Of a DNA stretch of 57,831 nucleotides, positions 1 through 11,246 are shown piece after piece. This stretch comes from Chromera velia (Eukaryota), in NCBI GenBank assembly GCA_018398765.1, contig JAHBMJ010000069.1, positions 1 through 57,831 of the forward strand, in the 5' to 3' direction. Numbering within the stretch: position 1 is the first letter of the stretch; each line of letters begins with the position of its first letter. The position numbers were made by a program, and so were the translations under genes. Under the pieces are notes generated by a model. That model saw nothing but the letters and a program-made list of their open reading frames with translations. It ran no database searches and had not been told where the DNA came from.

Positions 1-98
1 TCTCTTTCTCTGTCTCTCTCTTTCTCTCCCTCTCCCTCTCCCTCTCTCTCTCTCTATCGTTCTCTCTCACTATCTTTCTCTCTCTCTTTCTCTCTCTG

Positions 99-138
<40 letters not shown>

Positions 139-188
139 GCTCTCTCTCGCTCTCTCTCTGTGTGTGTGTGTGTGTCTCTCTGTCTCTC

Positions 189-219
<31 letters not shown>

Positions 220-280
220 TCGGTTTCTCTTCTCTCTCTCTGTTCTGTCGTTCTTTTCTTTCCATTTCTTTCTCTTTGCC
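1..280. repeat. (CT)n/(GT)n microsatellite tract, probably intronic
   Basis: Directly visible dinucleotide repeats. Confidence 0.9.
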
Positions 281-558
281 GACAAAATTGAGCGGGACGC
301 GCTGGAAATATAGAAGCAAGCTGGCCAAAAAGAGACGGAAATACACAATGCAGGATGATATGCTGGAAGGAAATGAGATGGAATTGGGTACAGGCAGGTG
401 TAAGACCATGGCAAACCGAGGAAGACGCTGACGAAAGGGTAAAAATAAGAAGAAAGCCACCAACCCATGCAGCCAGTTAGAGAAACGCGGAACAGAGAAG
501 ACAATATCACAGAAAACAGCTGTATGAGGCGTAATCTGAATGCTTTTTTGGGACATGG

Positions 559-903
559 TTGTGTATTGATGGCTACTCGCACCTCACTGAATTCATTCTT
601 GACTTACCAGACGGCAAGAAGGAACACAAAGGTGCAGAAGTCGAATGCGACCGTCTACGGCCGATTCCTGGGTCTCTTCCTCCCGAACAAAGATGGACAA
701 CCAGTAAAACGAAGGTGCAACAACGAACGAATTTCCAGAAACGCTTCATGGTCGCAATGTACGTAGAAACAGACAGAGGCAGGATCAAACGTACTCACAC
801 GATGAAGTTCCGAGATGTACGGAGTCCCAAAGATGCAGTACGTGATACTTACGATCTGGTGCAAAGAAAGAAGAGTGAGGAGGAAGAACTTTCGCTGGAC
901 TGA
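559..903 (+). CDS. Probable terminal exon of a hypothetical gene that begins before the window
   Basis: Non-repetitive, charged, protein-like frame (EFILDLPDGKKEHKG...KKSEEEELSLD*) downstream of an SSR tract. No recognisable domain; splice sites not resolved. Confidence 0.35.
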   Translation: MCIDGYSHLTEFILDLPDGKKEHKGAEVECDRLRPIPGSLPPEQRWTTSKTKVQQRTNFQKRFMVAMYVETDRGRIKRTHTMKFRDVRSPKDAVRDTYDLVQRKKSEEEELSLD

Positions 904-1072
904 CTACACATGTGTGTGGTGTGCTTGATGGAAGTAGGGTCACCGCAAAATCGGGTAATCGGGTCTGAAGTCCACCTGACGCACGCACATTTGGCGCACA
1001 TTCAGCCTTTCGGGGCCGGGTTTTTGCCGAAAGACAGCGTGCACGCACGCGGGCTGGGGTATTTCTGTTTTC

Positions 1073-1200
1073 TAAGTACCCCCCGTTTCGCTTTCCGGGG
1101 CCATAAGTGCCCCCCGCTTTGCTTTCCGGGGCCATGCATGCATGTGTGGGCTCAGGGGATTGTTTGGTAAGTGCCCCCTGCTTCGCTTTCCGGGGCCATG
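1073..1200 (+). repeat. Three copies of a ~30-bp motif TAAGTGCCCCCCGCTTCGCTTTCCGGGGCCAT; fourth copy at 24762-24795
   Basis: Near-identical copies read at ~1073, ~1104, ~1168 and ~24762. Confidence 0.8.
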
Positions 1201-1310
1201 CACCCAACCAGTTGGGTGAGTGCCTCGGGGGGCCTTTAAGGGGTCCGCAAATTTAATTGATTGACGCAAACCATATCGGTACGTACGTGTCTTGGGCATG
1301 TATGGGGTGG

Positions 1311-1610
1311 GGGCCACGGCAATGCGCACGAAGTATGCTTTTCGGGACCGCGCAAGTATGCATACACTTACAACTCCGTGCGAGTTACTTGAGGGGCACG
1401 CATGTGCGAAGTAATTAAGGTATGTGCGATCGTGGCTCCGTACGAGTTGCTTGAGGGGCACATTTTGGAATTTGGGCGACACTGTGACAGAGATAGAAGC
1501 GACCCCCCCCCCAAAAATGAAAAAATGCGTTATGCGAGTGCGTGCGATCTCAGGGCCTCTCGGCTGATCTCAGCAGAGCTGAGCTGCCCCCCGAGGCGAT
1601 GCGGACCCTG
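1311..1610 (+). mobile_element. Dispersed repeat, copy A (probable non-autonomous DNA transposon)
   Basis: Shares GGGCCACGGCAATGCGCACGAA and AAAATGCGTTATG...AGGGCCTCTCGGCTGATCTCAGCA.AGCTGAG.TGCCCCCC with 34491-34800. Imperfect GGGTCCGCA (~1241) / TGCGGACCC (~1600) inverted ends; no TSD found. Confidence 0.65.
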
Positions 1611-1949
1611 TATTGGGGTACGTAATGGACCTATATCAGGATGAATGCATGCATGTCTGAATGGATCGAGTGAAGCTATATAGTGGTCTACAATGCATGG
1701 TCTTCATGCGGGGAAATGCATCACGCTTGCCTATGCAGATGTTGTGGCCAGAAAACCGTCGGAAGGAGCCTTCCCGAGCCCGTCAACAAGAGCTGTAATC
1801 ATTTGGATCAGTATCCGTCTGCCTGTCAAGCCTGTTCTTCTTGCGGGCAGACCGCGGCAAACATCTGACCTACCCCCCGACAGAAAGGTAGCAGTAGAGA
1901 TCCCAGGCGGAGTGAAAGGAACGCACAGAGAGAGTCCACTCTGCCAGCA

Positions 1950-2272
1950 ATGAAGTCCGTCAAAGGCCTCGCCGGCGAAGGGGAGGCGGCCGCTGACAAG
2001 CCTCCAGGTACGTCGACCTGTTGTCAGCCATTCAGGAAAAAGAAGGAATGGTCCCGTGCAGCCAGGTAGACAGACAATTGAAGGGGCAGGCAGTCAAGCA
2101 GGTAGACGAGTAGACAGATGAGAAAGGAAGTCATACAGACATTTTCCCACACTCTGATATAGAAGACAACCCCACCTGCACCTCGTTTCCCTCTGGTCTA
2201 AATACATATATATATATATATATACATGCATGCATCTGTTGATGTATGTGTGCCTGTCTGTCTGTCTGCTTG

Positions 2273-2303
<31 letters not shown>

Positions 2304-2466
2304 ACCTGCCTGCCTGCCTGCCTGCCTGCTTATCTACCTGTCTGTCTGTCTACCTGTTTGTCTGCCTGCCTGCATGCCTGCCTGCCCGTCTGTCTGTCTG
2401 TCTGTCTACCTGTCTGCCTGCCTGCTTGCCTGCCTGCTTGGCTGCCTGCTGGGTTGCCTGCTTGGC

Positions 2467-2512
<46 letters not shown>

Positions 2513-2533
2513 CCCGTCTGTCTGTCTACATGT

Positions 2534-2595
<62 letters not shown>

Positions 2596-2600
2596 GTCTC

Positions 2601-2631
<31 letters not shown>

Positions 2632-2634
2632 GCC

Positions 2635-2679
<45 letters not shown>

Positions 2680-3189
2680 GTCTGCCTGCCTGTCTACCTG
2701 TCTGTCTGCAGAGGCCATCCTGCCCCCCCACAAGTACCCGATGCCCCTCTGCTCGCCCTACTGGGGAGAGATGCCCTACAACCTCCACCCGGACGTTGAG
2801 GTTCTCGTCAAGTCCACAGCAAACAGCTTCAACACCCAGCCACCTACACCCCTCAAGCTCGCACACGCTGCAGACGACCCCCCCCACACAGTGCGCTGGT
2901 CGTCCAGAGGCCTCCAACTGGCAACGATCAGTGCGGGCACGGCGGGATCTTCCGGGATGCTGATTGTGTACGACCGACGTCCGGACCCCGACACCCTGGA
3001 GCTCCCTGTCTTGTCGCGTTTCAAGGCACCGTCCTCCGTGATCCTGGGGGTCGATTGCCCTACCAGACTTTATGTGATGGACTGGTGCAGGACGGCAGAC
3101 AAGTCGGTAGCTAGGTCTTCCTCATTGAGGAGTCACAGAGACAGTGAGTATGTGTGTGAGAGTGTGTGTGAGTATGTGTGTGAGTGTGT

Positions 3190-3227
<38 letters not shown>

Positions 3228-3230
3228 TGT

Positions 3231-3273
<43 letters not shown>

Positions 3274-3341
3274 AGTGTGAGTGTGAGTGTGAGTGTGTGT
3301 GTGTGTGTGTGTGTATGAGAGAGAGAGAGAGACAGACAGGC

Positions 3342-3377
<36 letters not shown>

Positions 3378-4056
3378 CGACCGAAAGAATTTTGTGAGTG
3401 TGTGATCGTTTGCGTCTGTGACATCACTCCGCAGAGATGCGGACATGTGTCGATTTGCATGCATGTGTGAGTCTATGAGGCTTGCCAAGCTCTTCCCTTC
3501 CTCAATAGCGTTCCTTCTTTGTGTCGATTTTGCTGTCTTGTGACTCCCTCGCTTGATCGGTGCATATGCAGGTACGTTGCAGTAGGAGGTGTGTCCTACA
3601 TGGATGAGACGAATGCGTTCTGTCGGGTATTCATCGTGGAAGCCCAGACAGGAAGACTCGTGTGGCAATTCGGGGGAGGAGCGGACACCAACCTGGACGC
3701 AGAGCAGACGGTCGAACAGCATTTGTCGTTCAACTGGGACGGCAGCTGTCTCTGCTTCGCCATGGGAGCACCTAAAGGGCTTCCCGGTAAGGTTCATCTA
3801 TTCGATCTGAACCCTGAGTCCTTTCCTTCTCAGGAAGGCCAACCCCCCCTGCTGGGAAAGGCCGACCGGACCTGGTTGCTCGACGATCACGATGAAGTCT
3901 CCAGAGTCAGATGGGGTCCAAGGGGAGACCTCCAGAAGCGGCTGGCAGTGGCTGCGATCACTTCAAAGAGAACAGGGAGACTCTACATAATGGACCCAGA
4001 CTCGGGGGTCATCTCGCAGGTCCGTCCGTCCGTCCGTTTCTCTGTCTGTTGATTGG

Positions 4057-4104
<48 letters not shown>

Positions 4105-7100
4105 CTTGTAAGCAAACAGGCAGACAGGCAAGGAGCCAGGCAGGCAGAAGTGTCCAGATCGTATAATGGACTGTCCTCCTGGGAAGTGTTCCTGGCAGTA
4201 TTTGGTTCTTCACACTGGGTCCCTTTTTCTTTTTCTTTCTGCTCGATCCTCGTCATGCGTCTCTCGATCGGGATTTGATTCCTCTCACGTGGGCGATTGC
4301 ATGTTTGCATCGACTGTCTTTTCTTCTGTTCAAGCCCTTGTTCCTGCACGCTTGACCAACTTCTATGCTACTATACCGCCTCCACGGACAAGATCTATGC
4401 AATTCTTGACTGGTTACTATCTTGCTTGTCGATCTGTTTCGATCTCTCTCTGTATCCGTGTCTGTTTAATTCGATCTCTCTGTATGCATGCATGCATACA
4501 TGCAGATTTACGACATGCACAAGGCCCCGATCTCCCAGCTCTTTTGGTTCCCCTCCCGCCAGTGGACCCCCACCTCTCCTGTGATCTCACCAGAGAGGAT
4601 TGTGTCGTTAGACTCCAAAGGGCAGTTGCACGTGCTCTCCTCCCACACGCTCTGCGCGGCCGTGGTCTTCACTTCTGAGGAGGTATCCACTGAGATGAAA
4701 AACGCCAATCAGCATCTGGTCGGTAGGCGAGCAGACAGAATGGCCCAATGAGTAAATGCATTTCAGTTTTGTTTTTGATTAATTACAGTCAGCATGTTGT
4801 TATTTGGTCCAAACATTGGGCAGGGACATAGAAGGGTGTGAAAGGAAAACTCTGAGAAATGCAACAAACACGAAAGGACAAAGTGCTCTTTGAGTGTGCC
4901 GAAGGGAAAGAGGGGGACCGCGTAAATAGCGGGCGGTCCATTTACAGAACAAAAAGAGACTGGCAACAAGGAGCGGGTATTGGATTCTGGAACAATTAGA
5001 AGCAAACTCTTTCTCAAAAGAGTGCAAAAGATCATTCTCCAATTGCAGCGATACAAGAGCCTTCAGATGCATTTTCAACCCGAGGCTCAGGTACTTGTTT
5101 TGATTCCCCGTTGATGCATGTCTGTGAGTGAGTGAGTGAGTGAGTGAGTGCAGGTGGTGACAATGGTGGATAGCCCAATCAAGACTTTCTGCCTGGCCGC
5201 TTTTGGCCTTCGCATCCTCACCGGCCACACCGACGGCACAGTCCGGTGTTTCGCTGCCTTTTCTGGTCAGGAACTTTCCAAATACAGGGGCCACACACCG
5301 ATGGCGCCAGTGACGTCGTGCGACTGGACCGGAAGCGACGAATTCCTTGCCACAATGAGCTCTGCACCGGCAGAGAAGAACTCGGTGCACGTCTGGCCCT
5401 CGAGTGCGTTCGAAACCCCAGCCTTTGAAAAGAAATTCTCCCCTGCGCTGTCTGAGTTTCAGGTGAGTCGGAAAAACAATGCGTGGCTGTCTATACATCT
5501 ATCTGTTCTTCCTTTGCGCTGTTCTGTTATACATTACCTCTGTCTTTGTTTGTTGATGCAAACATATACAGACACGGCGAAAGGAGAGATGATGAATAGA
5601 TCTTGTCATGTTCCCTTGCTGTTGTTTTTCCTCTCTGTCTGGTTGTCCTTGCTTAACATTTTCCCATTTATCCTTTGGAAATATTGTGTTCTCATAAAAT
5701 CTACTTTCCCTCCCTCTGTCGGATGACCCTGATTGCAGAGAGAGCTGGCGGTGCTGAGAACTGCCATTTCCCCTTGTGGGCTCTACCTCGCGTGTGCCCT
5801 CCGGGGAGGGTATGTGACTGTCACCCGCATGAGCACTTCCTCCACCGGTCTGGGGGAGAGTGCGGCAGAACAACCAGCGAGGAAGGAAGGAAGAGACTCG
5901 GAGGGCAAACTGTCAATAGCCAGCGGAGCACACACGCCCAGAGGAAAGACCTGGTCCTACCAAGTCGACACTGCAGCATCCCAATTCCTCTTCTTCATCG
6001 AATTCCTTCCCGGGGGCGCGTCCAAAGAACCTAGGTGGGGGTGGGGTGGGGGGTGAGACTGGTGCGGTAGATTGATCCTTTCCTCTTATTGGCTTACGCA
6101 CATGTGCGTTTTTTCGATCTGCATGCAGCCTCTCTGCCCCTCAAACACCAGGAGGAACTCACCAAACGTTTTTGCTCACTTGCGTTCCCTCGATCGCGGC
6201 GTTTGCTTCTGAATCCCCTTTCTGATGGCTTTCTGCCTTCCGCCTTCACTCTCCACTCAAGCGTCCCTGTGTACTTCGGTTGTCCTTTTCTCTTCTCTGA
6301 TGTACCTCGAACTACATCTGACGTGCTGAGACCTGGCTTAATTGAGACATCTTTATATCGGTGCAATAACGCACTCACTGCTCTCATGCAGGCTCGCAAC
6401 GTCTGTGTGGGGAAAGTCCCAAGTCACCATGCTCTCTGCGAATGGACTTTCGAGCGTCTGGAAGCTCGGCGAGGGCTCGGCGGGTCCTCAGTTGAAGTGC
6501 ATCAGAGGGCAGTGCTTCTCCCCCTCGGGCAAAGTCCTTGCAGTAGCCCATGGGAAGATGAAGGAGGCCGAGCTAACGGTTTTGGACGCCGCCACAGGGA
6601 AGCACCTTTGGAGATTGACCGAGAAGGTAGGATCTCTTGAGAGGCCCTCTGAGTCAATCGTTTCCCTCCGATATGCTTCGTCTGGTGACCTGCTGGCAGT
6701 GGGGGGGGCGGGGGAGCACATCCCGATGGGAACAGTAGAGTACGAGGCAGCGTTGGGTGAGGACGAGGACAGCATCGACGAGGATCCGAATATCTTCGTG
6801 TACGCTCTGACGGGACCCTCGAAAGACAATTTGAGAATGGTCTCGAAGCACGCGAAGGGAATGCTCGTGCGTTCCTTGGCATTCTCTCCTGATGAGAAGC
6901 GTCTAGCGTGTGGAGGAGATGGAGTGACCGGAATTGTGATTGTTGATCCGCATACGTCGGGACGCACTCTGATGCGTCTCTCCCAATACCCCCAGGTCTG
7001 TTGGTCTTGTTCGTTCTCCCCGAACGGGAAAGAGATTGCTGCAGGATTCAACAACGATGAAGTCTGCGCGGTGTATGACCTGGAAAGGAAGTCGATGGTC

Positions 7101-8553
7101 GATTTCTTCCCCGGTCGGGGGCCTGTCCACTTTTCTGCGGATGGAATGGCAATGATCTACGGTGGGAAGACGGAGAAATGGGTCCATGCACGGCTCCTTG
7201 CGCACATCGCGCCAATCAGCTCACTGACGAAATCTGTCTTCGGATTCATCCGGTGAGCTGATTACGCATGTTTACATGTATATGCCTCAGCACGTACGAA
7301 AGTCACAAAACAAAGGACAGTGTCTTCGGAATCAGACCGTCACTTCCGTGTGTCACCTGATTCTTCGCAGAAGTCTGTCTGTCTTCTGCCTGACGGCCAT
7401 TGAGTACGTGGGCCTTTCAATCGACTGTTCTTTCAGGAAACAGACATTAAATGGAAAAGAGGAAAGTGTGAGGTGAATCGATCATCTCTGGTCGCTCCGA
7501 GAAATTGACTGACAAGAACATCAACCGAATCTCAAGAAGTAAAGGAGAAACAGCCACGAGACATGCTCTGGTTGAGAGAGAGAAAGAGATATGCATTCAG
7601 ATCGAGTTGTAAAAAAAAGGCAAATTTTTGACTGACACGATGATAAAAACACAACAGCAGGAACTTACTACACTTTTCCACACATGCACACACGTTCCCA
7701 CAAAGAGGCAATGATGCACAGGCTTTCACCCCTTATCCCATTCTCGTTTGTTTTCCTTAATGACTCTCACGGAAGCACGCACGGACGCACGCACGCACGG
7801 ACGCACACACACACACACACACACACACAACCAGACAACAAATGATGCACAGCGAGGAGACCCCTTCATGCCCCCACGCCTGCCTCCATGCAGGTGCAAA
7901 TCCGCAGTCCAAAAATTCCCCTTAGAGGAGGTCCTCAAGTACGCCAAGCACAGGCTCTTCGCTGGCAAGGGGCCCAAGGGAGGGGGGCTGTTGCACATCG
8001 CAATGGCCGGCCTGAAGCACAAGCAGAGCGCCTTCACGGTCGACGACGTCAAAAGAATCATCTCTGCCCACCCGCTCTCCTGCCTGACAGCGATCGGCAA
8101 GATGACTGACGCAGAGGACGGGCTGCAACCCTCCACCCCTCTCCTGATGGCGATCGATCGCGGGTGGCAGGCTGTGTACAACCATATGTTTGAGGTCCGC
8201 GTGCTTGTCTGTCTGTCTGTCTGTCTGTCTGTCGGTCTGTCCTATCGTTTCCTTTTTGTTTGTCTCACGGCTTTGTCTCGACAGAGACTCTAGAGAGCCT
8301 CCCTCAATCTCAACTGGCTGCCTGTCTGTCTGTCCGTCCGTGGTTGGGGTGAGCGCCAAAGGTGCATGCAGCATCTGCCCTCGCATTATTTTCCTTCCAC
8401 GCTTGTTTTGCATTGTTGCCTTCTCTAGCTCTCCCGTCATTTCGGCTTAGCAGCTTCACAGAGAAAGACTGGAACAGGCATCTACAAGAAATGCGTAAGA
8501 GAGATCACGTTTTCCTCGTTTTGGTTTCTCATTGCTTCTTTCGATTTATTCTC

Positions 8554-8585
<32 letters not shown>

Positions 8586-9314
8586 TTCTTTCTTTCTTTC
8601 TTTCTTTCTTTTTTTTTTTTTTTTGTGTGTGTGTGTGTGTGTCCTGACCCTGCATGCAGGAACTCTCAAAGTTCAACCCCTCTGAAGTCAGCCTCCCCCC
8701 CTTCTCCCACAAGATGCTCCGAATCCAGCGACAGGGTATTCAGATCACCGCAGCACACCTCATAGCGCACTTCCCAAAAAGAATAGAGGTGGCCTCCCTG
8801 TGCATGTCCCTCCTGGTCATGGACCCCCCTGGGATTCTTCGGGGCGTCCCGAAAGGTGCAAACGAGTATGCATTTACTGTCTCCAGCCTCGCCGCCCTCA
8901 CGGACATTGTGAGCACAGAATTGGTGGACGAAGATCCTAGAGACGCAGAGCTAGGCCTAGAGCCCCTCACCCACCAAAAAGCCGAACCGAGCATCTACGA
9001 GCCACAGCAAAAGGCTGCGGTATGCAGGCCGCACATTTTGGAGAAGGACCTCTACTCGGGCTCGGAATGGCAGGTCCGTGGGTGGTTGGATGTCTTTTTC
9101 TTTCCTTCTTTCTTTCTTTCTTTCTTTCTTTTTTTCTTTCTTTCAAGTTCTTTCTTTCTTTCAAGTTCTTTCTTTCTCTCAAGCTCTTTCTTTCTTTCAA
9201 GTTCTTTCTTTCTTTCAAGTTCTTTCTTTCTTTCAAGTTCTTTCTTTCTTTCAAGTTCTTGCTTTCTTTCTTTCTTTCTTTGAAGTTCTTTCTTTCTTTC
9301 TTTCTTTTTTTTTT

Positions 9315-9358
<44 letters not shown>

Positions 9359-9403
9359 TCAAGTTCTTTCTTTCTTTCTTTCTTTCAAGTTCTTTTTTCA
9401 AGT

Positions 9404-9435
<32 letters not shown>

Positions 9436-9572
9436 TCAAGTTCTTTCTTTCTTTCTTTCTTTCCTTCTTTCTTTCAAGTTCTTTCTTTCTTTCTTTCTTT
9501 CTTTCAAGTTCTTTCTTTCTTTCAAGTTCTTTCTTTCTTTCAAGTTCTTTCTTTCTTTCTTTCAAGTTCTTG

Positions 9573-9603
<31 letters not shown>

Positions 9604-9609
9604 TCAAAT

Positions 9610-9645
<36 letters not shown>

Positions 9646-9994
9646 TCAAGTTCTTTCTTTCTTTCTTTCAAGTTCTTGCTTTCTTTCTTTCTTTCTTTCT
9701 TTCTTTCCTTCTTTCTTTCAAGTTCTTTTTTTCTTTCTTTCAAGTTCTTTCTTTCTTTCAAGTTCTTTCTTTCTTTCAAGTTCTTTCTTTCTTTCAAGTT
9801 CTTTTTTTCTTTCTTTCAAGTTCTTTCTTTCTTTCAAGTTCTTTCTTTCAAGTTCTTGCTTTCTTTCTTTCTTTCTTTCTTTCAAGTTCTTTCTTTCTTT
9901 CTTTCTTTCTTTCAAGTTCTTTCTTTCTTTCTTTCTTTCTTTCCTTCAAGCTCTTTCTTTCTTTCAAGTTCTTTCTTTCTTTCTTTCTTCCTTC

Positions 9995-10025
<31 letters not shown>

Positions 10026-10086
10026 TCAAGTTCTTTCTTTCTTTCTTTCCTTCTTTCTTTCTTTCTTTCAAGTTCTTTTTTCAAGT

Positions 10087-10118
<32 letters not shown>

Positions 10119-10302
10119 TCAAGTTCTTTCTTTCTTTCTTTCTTTCCTTCTTTCTTTCAAGTTCTTTCTTTCTTTCAAGCTCTTTCTTTCTTTCTTTCTT
10201 TCAAGTTCTTTCTTTCTTTCAAGTTCTTTCTTTCTTTCAAGTTCTTTCTTTCTTTCTTTCAAGTTCTTGCTTTCTTTCTTTCTTTCTTTCTTTCTTTCAA
10301 AT

Positions 10303-10334
<32 letters not shown>

Positions 10335-10390
10335 TCAAGTTCTTTCTTTCTTTTTTTCTTTCTTTCTTTCTTTCTTTCTTTCCTTCAAGT

Positions 10391-10422
<32 letters not shown>

Positions 10423-10609
10423 TCAAGTTCTTTCTTTCTTTCTTTCAAGTTCTTTCTTTCTTTCTTTCTTTCTTTCTTTCCTTCTTTCTTTCAAGTTCTT
10501 TTTTTCTTTCTTTCAAGTTCTTTCTTTCTTTCAAGTTCTTTCTTTCTTTCAAGTTCTTTTTTTCTTTCAAGTTCTTTCTTTCTTTCAAGTTCTTTCTTTC
10601 AAGTTCTTG

Positions 10610-10644
<35 letters not shown>

Positions 10645-10753
10645 TCAAGTTCTTTCTTTCTTTCTTTCTTTCTTTCTTTCAAGTTCTTTCTTTCTTTCTT
10701 TCTTTCCTTCAAGCTCTTTCTTTCTTTCAAGTTCTTTCTTTCTTTCTTCCTTC

Positions 10754-10784
<31 letters not shown>

Positions 10785-10790
10785 TCAAGT

Positions 10791-10822
<32 letters not shown>

Positions 10823-10828
10823 TCAAGT

Positions 10829-10872
<44 letters not shown>

Positions 10873-10920
10873 TCCTTCTTTCTTTCAAGTTCTTTCTTTC
10901 TTTCTCTCTTTCTTTCAAGT

Positions 10921-10952
<32 letters not shown>

Positions 10953-11079
10953 TCAAGTTCGTTCTTTCTTTCTTCCTTCCTTCCTTCCTTCCTTTCTTTC
11001 TTTCCTTCTTTCTTTCTTTCCTTCTTTCTTTCAAGTTCTTTTTTTCTTTCTTTCAAGTTCTTTCTTTCTTTCTTCCTTC

Positions 11080-11110
<31 letters not shown>

Positions 11111-11215
11111 TCAAGTTCTTTCTTTCTTTCAAGTTCTTTCTTTCTTTCAAGTTCTTTCTTTCTTTCAAGTTCTTTCTTTCTTTCAAGTTCGTTCTTTCTT
11201 TCTTTCAAGTTCTTG

Positions 11216-11246
<31 letters not shown>

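Noticed and set aside
1073..1200. Repeat-spacer array from the 30-bp motif
   Set aside because: Only three copies, two directly adjacent, with irregular spacing.
2226..3470. ORFs with [16 protein letters not shown] repeats
   Set aside because: Microsatellite translation artefacts; only 2712-3102 is exonic.
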